Of a stretch of 45,400 bases of DNA, positions 12,404 through 26,379 are shown piece after piece. Source of the stretch: Macrostomum lignano. Taxonomy: Eukaryota. The DNA lies in NCBI GenBank assembly GCA_002269645.1, contig NIVC01003673.1, positions 1 through 45,400 of the forward strand, written 5' to 3'. The number at the start of each line of letters is the position of its first letter. The first letter of the stretch is position 1. The notes under the pieces were generated by a model. The model was not told the origin of the DNA. It saw nothing but the letters and a program-made list of their open reading frames with translations, and did no database searches. Both the position numbers and the translations under genes were made by a program.

Positions 12404-12640
12404 GGATTACCCGACTGTTACCTGCTCAGCGAATCCTTTTTGCCAGACAGGATAACAAACAAGATAACAAACAGGATAACACGATGTTTCCCTGCAGGAT
12501 TCGCATGAATTACCCGACTGTTACCTGGTCAGCGAATCCTGTTTGCCAGACAGGATAACAAACAAGATAACACGATGTTTCCCTGCAGGATTCGCACGAA
12601 TTACCCGGCTGTTACCTGGGCAGCAAATCCTTTTTGAATC
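12404..12640. repeat. Right subterminal ~90-105-bp repeats of the CACTA-like element
   Basis: Three units ATTACCCGACTGTTACCTG..CAGCGAATCC..GGATAACAAACAAGATAAC; the third is cut by the LTR insertion. Confidence 0.75.
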
Positions 12641-12643
12641 TTG

Positions 12644-14630
12644 TGATGAGGACGCACTTTTTCCCAAATCCCGCGCTAGCACATGGGCTCTAAACTTACT
12701 AGCCTACTAACAGTGGGCACTGGGCATTTTTATCCTTTTTCTGCGAATTTTCATGGAATCTATACTAGATATAATGTCTGGCCATACTAGTAGTCATAAT
12801 AACATAGGCATTGCTTTTGGGTCATAAATCATCGCTTTCGAAGCTGGTCTGACAGCCACCTGCGCCTCACTCAGTGTTGAGGCGGGCGCCAGATGGTCTG
12901 AGAGGATGCGGGCGGTAGCTTTTTTCTCATCATCTTGACAGGCCAACAAGATTTATGAGGTCAGAGCCTATTGTTCGGATTCACTCAAGCGTGTGACAGC
13001 TTTGACAGCTATGCGTTTTACCCCTAAAAGTACCTTGGGATTAGCGATTAGCGATTTCTCTTCATTATCTTCACTTTCTATTTAATAAGAGCTTTCTAAT
13101 GTATATTTTTTCATTAATTTCTGTCAATCCTACGCGAAAGGTCATAAATCATTTTGTTGCGATTTTGAGTGATTTATGGCCGCACCTGTCATCTTTTTAC
13201 GACCCTGTGGGAACTGATAGGATCTCTCGGTCACGTGATTCTGGGTAGCAACAAGCTTAGCCAATCAGAAAATTCGGCGCTCATTTTAACAAAACGGCTC
13301 AGCCAATCAGAATCGACGTGTTCCATTATAACAAACTGCGGTCCAGTTGGCGGCTATTTAAACCGGAGTTTCTGGCCCGCTCGGAGGCATCTCTTGCTCG
13401 GGCCCAGCACGCAACTTCTGGTTCCCGGAGCGCGACCGTCGTTTCTTGATCCCCGGATTGCGACTTTCCCCCATCATCATCAAGGACGAATCCCCCGGTC
13501 GTCAGCAGCGAACATCAAGCGAAGATCATCACCTGCTAGCTATCAGCGAAGATTGTGTCAGCATCATCCCGAGTCTACGGCTACAGAGCATCGAGCCGAT
13601 TCGGTCACTGTGGATTACCTGGTCTCCGGCTGTTGAGTTTCTGATTGGTTGGGTGAGAGGCTACATAGACTTGCTTGATTGGGTGATCCCTTATCTGTCC
13701 CCTGTTGCAGTAGCTGAATTAGGCGCACACTTTTGCTCATTTTGTTCAGTAGTGCTGTTGCTGAGGCAGAAATCATTCAATAATACTGCTAGTAGTCGAA
13801 GGCTCCAATTCAATCTGAAGTGTGAAGTGAACTAAGGAGAAGGTTAAATCTAACAGTTATTTTTATCGGTTTTAGTTCTTTGTTCGCCGATGGCTCAGAT
13901 GAGTAGCTAAGCTAGTAGGCGCCGGTCACAGTGGACCAATGGCAAGGCAGTTCTCAGTCGACCAATCTATCAAATCAGTGAGCAAAACTGCCAGAAGTGC
14001 AGAATCGGCGCCAGAGATGTACTTTGTGCACTCTAGGGTAGCCAAGCGGCTCGGGTAAATGAATTATGCGGTCTCTGAAGTTCGAGTTAGTCTATCATCA
14101 GCGCCATGGGAGGCTAGTTGGCGCGTTGAAGGCCAAAAGTACATATCTTCGTATTTAGCAATGTAATAGTACATGTAGCTACCCCATAGACTCGCCACTG
14201 CAAGAATCCCCTGCACAAGTCCCCTCTGTACCTGCATGGCCAATGCGATCTAGTCCCAGCAGTGTCCCTTATCATCGGCTATGACTTTGAGATGGACAGC
14301 AAAAAGACACTAGCTGGCAGGTAGGTGCAAAGCCCCTTCTAGTCGGAAGCCCGATTTCGAGAGTCCCGGTGTGGTGAGCCAGGGCGCACGGGCTGGTGGC
14401 AGCAAGTTAGTTGATCTGCGGATTAGCTAATTTCTACTTTCAAAATTCTCCCTGCTCGTCTCTCGCTGTCCCTCCCTTAGCTATAGGACCTAGACTGCTC
14501 GCCACACGATCAAGCTACCATGGGGCTGACCATCTGACAGGAGTGGGGGGCCAGGTCTCTAATAGATTTATTTCTGAGCCTGAGGCCCGAAGGCTTCCCT
14601 AACAAGGAGCCCGAAGGCCGAAACCCATCA
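12644..14630 (+). mobile_element. Solo LTR-like element, copy A (1987 bp)
   Basis: Ends TGATG..CATCA with a 4-bp TSD CTTG on both sides. It is homologous end-to-end to 28353-30322 (inverted), has a TATA-like TATTTAAA near 13355, and no credible ORF. Strand is inferred from the TATA-like motif. Confidence 0.8.
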
Positions 14631-15098
14631 CTTGTTTGAAACAAGGAAACGTAAGATTTCGTCACGCAAACAAGATTCATACAAGATAACATTTTGCATA
14701 ACCGGAATAGGGCATGTTATCTTGTTTGAGCGAATGTTATCTTGTGGTGTTATCTGGTTTATTTACCAGAGGGGTGCCTCAAGCTTTTTAGCTTCTGCTT
14801 GAACACTCTATGGCAGCAGAGCTGCTGTGGGAGGTAATGGGTGTGAGCAAAAATAGGCACGGGAGGCTAGTGGTTAAGATTACTCTACCTTCCTATTCCA
14901 TTAGGCTTTTCGGGAGACGGGAGGTAGAGCTTAACTCCCACTTATCCCACTTACCCACTTAACTCCCCCAACTATTAGGCACCCGGCTTTCATTCAATTC
15001 CCTATTAAGCGCATCCCTCCCATGTCAGCGTCCCTTATCAGTTATTAGAATTCCCCTAGTGCGCCAGTTTCCCAAGCAACTCTGATCCACCGCGAAGC

Positions 15099-15157
15099 CC
15101 TTATTCCCCTTCCCCTCCTTATTTCCCTTCCCATCCTTATTCCCCTTCCCCTCCTTA
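15099..15157. repeat. 18-bp tandem repeat (CCTTATTCCCCTTCCCCT) x3
   Basis: Read directly from the sequence. Confidence 0.8.
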
Positions 15158-15989
15158 GATATCCGGACTGAGTAGAAATATAGTGCCTTGCCGCTCGGAC
15201 ACACCACGCCACCAGGAGCAACCTAAGGCTTACTCCTTCTAGTAGTAGAAATTGTATATTTCTTTCCAAATCCTAAGAAATCCCCGGCAACCCCGACCCC
15301 TCTTACAACAAATTTGATTGCAGCATTGGGATTGTTAAACATAGAGCTAAGAGGCCTGTAACACTTCTAGCTATCAATATTTGCTTCTAATAGCTACTGC
15401 TGTACTGTACATAATAAAATACCGCATATTTGTTAAAATCATCGAATACTCCAGATACAGCTTTTAAAAGCTCGTATACGCCAAGCACTTAAACCAAAAT
15501 CAAACTCTCTTCACTGACTAACCAAACATCTAAAAGCCTTACGGATTATGAAATCCATCATCCTCCTCTCTACACAGCTAATTTATTTCGTACCCTACTA
15601 AGTTTTCAGTTGCTACCACTCAGATTTTCGAAGATGACAGATGAATCGACTTGTTTATTATTTTAACAGTGTTTATGAAGTAAATTTTAAAAATTAAAAG
15701 AAAAGTTTTAAATTTTATTAGAAAATAATTATTGGAAATAAGACGCGAAACAAGAATAAAACAAAGAATAGAAAACTGAAATTTATGTTGTGACTGAGTT
15801 CTAGGACAGGTTTCCGCACAAAGATTGATTATAAATAAACATTTTTAATCCGCAAATAGCACTACAGAAATATTCGCGTTTATATTGCGTAAATTGATCT
15901 TTTGAAAACACGATTTCATAAAAAGAAAAGAGAAAAAAAATTAAAATAAACACAAATATTTGCAATCAACAAATTTAGTGAAACGAGTG

Positions 15990-18580
<2,591 letters not shown>

Positions 18581-19075
18581 GCTGCTACATTACATGAATA
18601 GATTGATAGATAGTCAGAATTTAATAGGCAGGTCATACACTGTTAAAGTATAAAATTATAATTATATGCGTCGAAATCCAATTATATATAGTTAGAAAAT
18701 TCAGACAACATTATAAAACAGAAAAATTTGCATGCAAGTTTTTTAGTTTCATTTATAGAAAATAGAATAAGGATTGATGTAATCAATGTATCAATATTAT
18801 TCTTTTTAAATTGGTTCTTCCCAATTTTTTTCAATCCTACGAGTGACGATCTACATTAACACAAACTGCATCATTTTCTTAACGTCCAAGATTTTGAATT
18901 GGACAATCAAAGCTCCCTTATTAAGATAACCATGAAGTTTCTTTTCGTTGTTACCTGAACCTGAAGCAAAGAAAGTTCTCGAATGCCTAAACTCTTGCCA
19001 ATTAATTTTGCAAACTGAAATTGGTCTCTGCTGAAAATCTTCTACTGAATCGACGAAAGTTAAGTCGTAAAATTT

Positions 19076-22000
19076 TCAGCCACAAGTCGGAATCGACTGC
19101 ACCTTGACGAAGCCCTGGTCGCTGCCGGTGTTGCCGCCGCTGGTGGCAGCGCAGCCGCTGCCGCCGCAGAAGGAGCCGCCGCCTCCGCCACCGTGGTCGC
19201 CAGCGATACCGGCGCCGCCGCCGCTGTAGCCGCCGCCGCCGCCTCCGCTATTATCATCTTGTGAATATTGGCCCCCACCGCCGCCGCCGCCGCCGAAGCC
19301 GCCAACACCCGCGCCGCTTCCTTCGCCGGCGGCGCCGCCCAACCAGCCGTCGGCAAAGCTGCCGCCCCGGTCTCCATCAGTCGTTAAGTTTCTGGCGTTG
19401 ACAGCCTTGCCCAGCCAGCCGGCTCCGCAGCCGCCAATACCATGGTCGTCTTTCCTCATAGAGGGATTGTTGGATCCGGGCTGACCGTTAGCTCCGCCGT
19501 AGCCGAAGTACGAATTGTCCCCGCCAACCGAATTCGTCCCGTTCACTTGAGCTGCCCCGTCAGCTCCTGTAGGCAACAATTACATTTGCACTTGCAAAAC
19601 ATTTTTACAACCGAACTGAAAATTAATTTTACTGAGTCTGTTATATAAAGACCAGGCTAGTGAAAAGCACAACAACCTGTAACCGTACAAAGATGACTTT
19701 ATCTCTATGCGTTTGCTTAAGTTTGCTATCTTCATTTAAACGTTTTTTGAAGATCTATCGAAGTTAGTACTATCGGTAGATCGAACCAGAATCCGACTAG
19801 TCAAACATCCTGGACAACTGAGGCCATGCAGTTCTGGCTCCAAAATTAATTACCACTTTGTGGCAATATTTTAAATTCAATATTTAACCCGCCTAAAGTC
19901 TTGATGATTTTACCGTCTTTTCTGTGGCAGCCACCGCCGCCTCCGCCAGCAGCCAGCAGCAGCAGCGGGTTGCCTGAGGCGTTGACAGTGTACACGAAGC
20001 TGCCTCCGCCGCCACCTCCGCCGCCTTTATCGCTAGCGGGGCCGCCCTGCTGTCCGACAACAATGGTCAGCAGGGTGCCGGCAGTCAGGCTGAAGTTGCC
20101 TGCCATGACTGCTCCTCGACCGCTCGGTTTTTGGGTTCCAGGACTCCCGCTGGCACCGGCAGCTTCAATCCGGTAGCAGCCGTAGGTGGCGTTGATCAGC
20201 AGCTGCTGGATGGTGCCGTTTCTACCGGTGCCGGTGTCTGGAAGATGAAGTCTATCCAGGTGACTTGAGCAGGTCAAAGGTTTCAAGGAAAAAACATTGC
20301 TAAATGAGCGATGAAAGGTCAAATGTACCATTGTTTGCATCATTGCAGTTGTCTAACAACTAAACTTGTACTTTGGCGCCCCTTGGTGCTGGCGCCCCTT
20401 GGTGCTGGCGCCCCTTGGTGCTGGCGCCCCTTGGTGCTGGCGCCCCTTGGTGCTGGCGCCCCTTGGTGCTGGCGCCCCTTGGTGCTGGCGCCCCTTGGTG
20501 CTGGCGCCCCTTGGTGCTGGCGCCCCTTGGTGCTGGCGCCCCTTGGTGCTGGCGCCCCTTGGTGCTAAAGCCCCTTGGTGCTGGCGCCCCTTGGTGCTAA
20601 AGCCCCTTGGTGCTGGCGCCCCTTGGTGCTAAAGCCCCTTGGTGCTGGCGCCCCTTGGTGCTGGCGCCCCTTGATGCTGGCGCCCCTTGGTGCTGGCGCC
20701 CCTTGGTGCTGGCGCCCCTTGGTGCTGGCGCCCCTTGGTGCTGGCGCCCCTTGGTGCTGGCGCCCCTTGGTGCTGGCGCCCCTTGGTGCTGGCGCCCCTT
20801 GGTGCTGGCGCCCCTTGGTGCTGGCGCCCCTTGGTGCTGGCGCCCCTTGGTGCTGGCGCCCCTTGGTGCTGGCGCCCCTTGGTGCTGGCGCCCCTTGGTG
20901 CTGGCGCCCCTTGGTGCTGGCGCCCCTTGGTGCTGGCGCCCTTGGTGCTGGCGCCCCTTGGTGCTGGCGCCCCTTGGTGCTGGCGCCCCTTGGTGCTGGC
21001 GCCCCTTGGTGCTGGCGCCCCTTGGTGCTAAAGCCCCTTGGTGCTGGCGCCCCTTGGTGCTAAAGCCCCTTGGTGCTGGCGCCCCTTGGTGCTAAAGCCC
21101 CTTGGTGCTGGCGCCCCTTGGTGCTGGCGCCCCTTGGTGCTGGCGCCCCTTGGTGCTGGCGCCCCTTGGTGCTGGCGCCCCTTGGTGCTGGCGCCCCTTG
21201 GTGCTAAAGCCCCTTGGTGCTGGCGCCCCTTGGTGCTGGCGCCCCTTGGTGCTGGCGCCCCTTGGTGCTGGCGCCCCTTGGTGCTGGCGCCCCTTGGTGC
21301 TGGCGCCCCTTGGTGCTGGCGCCCCTTGGTGCTGGCGCCCCTTGGTGCTAAAGCCCCTTGGTGCTAAAGCCCCTTGATGCTAAAGCCCCTTGGTGCTGGC
21401 GCCCCTTGGTGCTAAAGCCCCTTGGTGCTAAAGCCCCTTGGTGCTAAAGCCCCTTGGTGCTAAAGCCCCTTGGTGCTAAAGCCCCTTGGTGCTAAAGCCC
21501 CTTGGTGCTAAAGCCCCTTGGTGCTAAAGCCCCTTGGTGCTAAAGCCCCTTGGTTCTAAAGCCCCTTGGTGCTGGCGCCTTTAGTAGAACCCAAAATTAG
21601 CACCCAAACACGGTGCCCACAAGATGGTCGCTGCATGTCGGTATAAAATGCTAATGCCCAATAAAAAATCCTTTTCTGTTTTCACGAAGAACTGAGTGAC
21701 TATAGAGTCCAATGTAATATTTCTAGTTCCTAAGAGAAGCTTTGAACACATAAATTTAGAAAGTTTTTTTCGCTGAAGAATAGAATTTTTTCAATTTCGA
21801 TTTCTGCTAAATGCTCGTTTGCAGATTAACAATGACGCTTACTGAAAAACTCCCTGCTGAAGTTCAGGTTAACCATTGCCGATGTGGTTGGCGGGTCTGC
21901 TGTTGTTGTTGTTATTTCGGGCGGCGAAGTAGCTATCGTTGTTGTCGTTGTTGCTTGTTGGGTATCGAACGTCCACACCTTGGCTCCGGCCTCAGAGCCC

Positions 22001-22357
22001 AGCAGCCTCTGCACGCGACTGCCGGCCGAGTGACCTTCGTACACCATCGCCATCTGGCAGAGCCCGATGCTCTCGTGAGCCACCGCCACTGAGCAGCCCT
22101 CCGCCTGGCACTTAGCCGCGCAGTCAATGCTGGAGGTGATGCCAGTGACATTGAAAACCTCGCTACTCACCGAGTCGTCAATGACAAACGGCCCGGCTAC
22201 CAGTTTGAAGAATTTGCTTTGTGTCGAATTGCAGGTTGCTGGAAAAGTTTTTTAACTACGAATTAAGTAACGTTCTTAAAATTTTAAGCGATTATTAATT
22301 CGAGAAGCTATACGTACCGAAAATTAGACAAAAAGCGAAGGCTCTTAGCAAAATCAT
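19076..22357 (-). CDS. Secreted PAN-like + Thr-rich linker + ALK/LTK-type glycine-rich domain protein, copy 3 (intact, 416 aa)
   Basis: Exons 22357-22318, 22238-21843, 20237-19914 and 19566-19076 sum to 1251 nt, open, GT-AG, with the same phase-1 structure and the same 40-nt first coding exon (MILLRAFAFCLIF). CAAKCQAEGCSVAVAHESIGLC core; ends GFVKVQSIPTCG. Confidence 0.9.
20375..21579. repeat. 16-bp minisatellite (GGCGCCCCTTGGTGCT; variant AAAGCCCCTTGGTGCT), about 75 copies, in intron 2 of copy 3
   Basis: Read directly; it explains the WCWRPL/LAPLGAGAP ORFs. Confidence 0.97.
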
Positions 22358-24289
22358 ATTTTACAAAACTTTTCGCTTGGAGTAAAACTTCAATTTGAGC
22401 CTGCAGGGAATTGTCTTTCTGCTTTTTGGAGATGGCGAGTGTATCTTGCGCTGATTATGCTGATGCTGATTATATTGAGAGGCTGCTAGCTAAGGGCCAA
22501 TATGTATTCTTACCAGCCCAGTGTTTTTAATTGGTGCCAAAAAATTGCATACGGGTAGCAGAAAAACTTCTAATTGGCAGTCTCCATTGTTCCTTGTTCA
22601 TTAAATATTGAACATTTCATGAAAAGAATGAAAAAAGAAAACCCATTTCAAAAGAAGGCTAGCTCTAGCTAATTCCCGCACACTACGGAGCCCTTAATTG
22701 GATTTCTTTTCTCCAATTCAAAAGTAGCTACGCATGTAGACCTTTAAAATATGCAGACATTTTTCTGCATTTTTTGCGCAAAAATTGGCTTAGGGAGGAT
22801 GAAGTTGGAACGCAATTAACAAGGCGCACAGCTGTGTATGCGCTGTCTGCATATGTATTAAAAATTCTTGATAGAGCCTAAAACGAAGTGTGACGTTGTC
22901 AGTTGAGGTGGCCCTGACAAGGGCCGTTTTAGCGAAAGCAGTGCCAATGCCATTCTATAATATTGTTAATTTGATGGTCTCGTACTCTAACGTCTGCTTA
23001 TAGTAATGCCCAAGGAATTTTAACAACATTGCATGACGTTCGTAAAGCCTATATGTACGTACAATGCGATCGATAATTCCTGTTTTTCAAGTTGGTTTTC
23101 GCGCCAGCCAATAGGAAAGCCGCGCATATATTATGCTAGCCTGAAATTAAGCTTTGTGGTGCACCCACCCCCAGCCCGCTCGTTATCAGTCCTGTCTGGC
23201 TGGGGCGCCCGGGGTTAGGCCTTGTTTACCCTTGTTTTCCGGCCCGCGCTCTCTCGCTCTCCCTCTCCGCCTCTGCCAAGTTTGCTCGGGCAAGTCCACT
23301 CTGCCAAACTTAAGTCACGCCACTGTCCCGAATGGGAATCACGCCACGCCTTCACCGTCGCCACTTCATCGCCGTAGCCCATTTGCTATCCATCGCCATT
23401 TTTGTTGCCTCCCGCAGTGCCCAGAGTACCATAGCACGGATTCAGCGCCAACCAGGCCCAGTCCCACTCTTATATTGTTTAAGTCTGAGTGCTACCGCTA
23501 CACAATTTGCCTCCGTTGTTATTCGCCTTCGTCATTTGATCCTGGGACTGAGTCTGCCTTTAAATCGTCACAGAAGTCTCATTTCTATCAAGTCACTGGA
23601 AGCGGAGAGATTTGAGAGAGACCCTTCTGGCTCGTACGTACATGCATGTAAGTTCTTAAGACTTAGACTCGAGGCTAGCACAAGTCAGGTTGCTTTCAAT
23701 TCGTGTAAACGGATTTTTTCACGAACAGCGAAAGTATCCTATTTGCAACGATCGAAGAGCTATCTATCTGACCCGAAGACGAAAAAACCACACGAAGGCG
23801 GTCAGTTACCAGGCACAGAATACAGCGGCGCCACATTTCGCTTACTTTTACCACATTTGGTTTTGTTATTTTGAAGGTAGGACCTAGACAACTATTTTTA
23901 GAACTCTAAAGCTCATATCCAAGCCATAGAAAAATTGCCAAATTCGAAAATTCTTTTTTACATCGGGCTTGAGAAGGTATAGTCAGTGGGGAAACCCATA
24001 TTAGATAAGCTATAAAATAGATTTAACTCTCAGTAGTAGTAGTAGTAGGGGATAGTCTATCTTCCAACCTATGATTTTTGGACAACCAATTTAGTAATTC
24101 GAGCACTTTTAGTCACCTCCCGTGTCATTGGGGGCTGTTTTATAAAGCTGTGTCCTACGACTGAGTCATAAGTCCCAGCTTAAGTGTGTTTTATAAACAT
24201 TTATGGCTCACTTCTAACTTCGATCGTAGCTAAGATCGAGCTTATGCGTTTAGGGAAGAGCTGACGGCCATAGACGATTGTCATAATGG

Positions 24290-24586
24290 CTTTACAGCGG
24301 CGGGTATAGCGGCATAGCCTGATTCCTGTGCGTTCTGGGCTCCACATTCTGTCACATGTTGTCCAGCAATTTCACGATAGCGCCTCTTGGAAACCGGTAT
24401 TGTTTCAGTAACTCGTTGTCCGCTAAGGCGAGGGGATGGCTCCTAGAAAGTCACAGACGAATGTTAGAAGCCATTCATGCATTCAGGCAAGTAAAACCAT
24501 ATCGTACAGAACACTTACCTGTCTCAAAACACTCGTGGAACTCGATGCCTCTCATTGTTCCATCGGGCCAAAATAATTGCCAGCAT
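24290..24586 (-). pseudogene. Harbinger transposase N-terminal remnant with one intron
   Basis: Exon 24586-24519, intron 24518-24443 (GT-AG), then the next exon. Translation MLAIILARWNNERHRVPRVF*DR|SHPLALADNELLKQYRFPRGAIVKLLDNM*QNVEPRTHRNQAMP matches the RVFRDR..PL..D.EL..YRF..T.R..A pattern of HARBI1-like transposases. Confidence 0.75.
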
Positions 24587-24624
24587 TTTGAAGCAACGAA
24601 GATGGGTGGATTTACTAATGACTA

Positions 24625-25728
24625 CACCTAATTTTTGCATTCAATTTCAGCAACAAGCTGGCATTCAGAATCGGCAATCTAAATTTAGCCAACCAAATCT
24701 TCATTCAATTTAAGCATGCTCGCATTCCATTTCAGCGAAGCACATTCAATTTCGGCAATCTGCATTCAATTTAATTTTGTCTCAAACTTGTCTGCTCTTC
24801 TATGAATAAATTTTATTGACGCGTGCAGATTTTGCACTCAATTTCGGCAGTCTGCATTCAAATTCAGCAAAATTTTATTAGCTAAACGTAAAACGAAATA
24901 AATGTCGTCCAATACATGTACAGTGTCATAGGGAACAGAAGCAGAAAATCGAAGTCACGTGAAGTGTGGCCCTTCAGTCTCCATTGATGTGCATCCTGGC
25001 CAGGCATCTCGGTAAAAGCTGAAGCAGTGATTGTACCACTGGAGACACTTGTCCTGAGTGACGCTGTCGTTCACTGTTAGATCGGCAAAGCGCATCAGCT
25101 CGTCCCTTCGATATTCAGCCAGTGTACGCCCAGCGCGAGCTTCGTCGGATGGATTGATGAAAACTTCGCGGCTGTCACTGAGTTCACTTTTAATGGCCGC
25201 CTTCCATGCGGAGATGGCGGTCTCAACGGGTGTTAAAAATGGGCTGTATCTAGGGAGTCGACGGAACTCAGCCAGTCCCACAACCTCTTGTAATTCAGCG
25301 TCATTATGGCTGCTGACATTATCAAAAATAAGGTATGCAAGTTGGTGCGACCAGGCCATTTGAGCGTTACCCATCACAATTTGCAGAAATTCGGCGAATC
25401 TCTCCTTTGTCATGCCGCGAGTGTACATGGAACTGAACATTCGTCTGTGGTTGAAATCAAATGTGTTTTGCTGAATTTGAATGCAGATTGCCGAAATTGA
25501 GTGCAAAATCTGCACGCGTCAATAAAATTTACCCATAGACGAGCAGACAAGTTTGAGACAAAATTAAAATGAATGCAGATTGCCGAAATTGAATGTGGTT
25601 CGCTGAAATGAAATGCGAGCATGCTTAAATTGAATGAAGATTTGGTTGGCTAAATTTAGATTGCCGATTCTGAATGCCAGCTTGCTGAAATTGATGCGAA
25701 TTTGGTTAAAATTGAATGCAAAAAGGTG
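24625..25728 (-). mobile_element. Internally deleted Tc1/IS630-like element with ~250-bp TIRs
   Basis: 24625-24872 and about 25467-25728 are near-identical inverted repeats starting CACCT. TA lies on both sides (24623-24624, 25729-25730). The repeats enclose a DDE_3-type transposase C-terminus. Confidence 0.85.
24974..25430 (-). pseudogene. DDE_3 (IS630/Tc1-like) transposase C-terminal fragment
   Basis: TKERFAEFL..LIFDNVSSH..LPRYSPFLTPVETAISAWKAAIK..VTQDKCLQWYNH. Adding one T at 25014-25017 gives FLPRCLARMHINGD-stop. The N-terminal half is absent. Confidence 0.85.
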
Positions 25729-25815
25729 TAAATGACTTAGGCTCTCGATGTGTCTTAAAGTTAGGATCGAAGTTGGGGTTTTCAGCCATAGAATGCTATC
25801 TTTATAAAACACTTT

Positions 25816-25931
25816 GGGCCCGTTCTATAAAGCCATCGTAAGATAAGATCGTTCTTAGCTCCTATCTCCGCAGTGTAAAAGTTCCGACGTAAGATCGAAC
25901 TTACGCTACGACAGCTTTATAGTACGACCCC
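25816..25931. mobile_element. 116-bp Harbinger-type MITE, copy 1
   Basis: Imperfect TIR GGGCCCGTTCTATAAAGC / GCTTTATAGTACGACCCC with a 3-bp TSD TTT. Confidence 0.85.
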
Positions 25932-26020
25932 TTTGACCATAAGTTTAATCTTATCTTACTCTGGGTCGCACCTAAGTTGGTTCCCAGCTAAGACTCACAT
26001 TTATCTTTATAAAACATGTC

Positions 26021-26136
26021 GGGCCCGTTCTATAAAGCCAACGTAAGATAAGATCGTTCTTAGCTCCTATCTCCGCAGTGTAAAAGTTTCGACGTACGAT
26101 TGAACTTACGCTACGACAGCTTTATAGTACGACCCC
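26021..26136. mobile_element. 116-bp Harbinger-type MITE, copy 2
   Basis: Four substitutions relative to copy 1; 3-bp TSD GTC. Confidence 0.85.
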
Positions 26137-26379
26137 GTCACCCCTAAGTTCATGCGTAAGTTGGCACTTAGATCAAACTTAGCTTTATAAAACACCCCAC
26201 TGGTGTCGCTTTCGAAGCAAACAGGCGCACACATTCAACACGGTAGAAGAATAGGAAGCCATGCAGCGAGCTTTTGGAGGAAGATAGGAGAGCTTTGTCA
26301 CCGCAGGATAAGCGCTAGATGAACAAGATCACGTAGCACGTCAGGTGGCTCCTATGCTATGACAAGATAAGCAACTAAA

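Larger units (their letters stand above)
9437..14773. mobile_element. Non-autonomous TIR DNA transposon, CACTA/EnSpm-like
   Basis: Perfect 37-bp TIRs CCCTCTGGTAAATAAACCAGATAACACCACAAGATAA (9437-9473, 14737-14773) and a 2-bp TSD GT (9435-9436, 14774-14775). GATAAC-rich subterminal repeats occur at both ends. No transposase was recognised. The superfamily is inferred from CCC termini, the 2-bp TSD and the subterminal repeats. Confidence 0.8.
24130..26198 (-). mobile_element. PIF/Harbinger deletion derivative hosting nested insertions
   Basis: Imperfect TIRs GGGG(C)TGTTTTATAAAGCT and inverted subterminal TGTTTTATAAA motifs. It carries a Harbinger transposase N-terminal remnant. The TSD is not clean (ATT versus ACT). 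Confidence 0.75.

Noticed and set aside
15165-15215. tRNA-like head on the minus strand (TGTCCGAGCGGCAAGGCAC)
   Set aside because: Only an A-box-like match; no B box or second copy seen.
20311-21377. ORFs with WCWRPL / LAPLGAGAP repeats
   Set aside because: Translation of a 16-bp minisatellite inside an intron on the opposite strand; the unit is not a multiple of 3.
23154-23887. 153-aa and 180-aa ORFs
   Set aside because: No recognisable motifs or splice structure; the 16-nt match to 26556-26571 did not extend.
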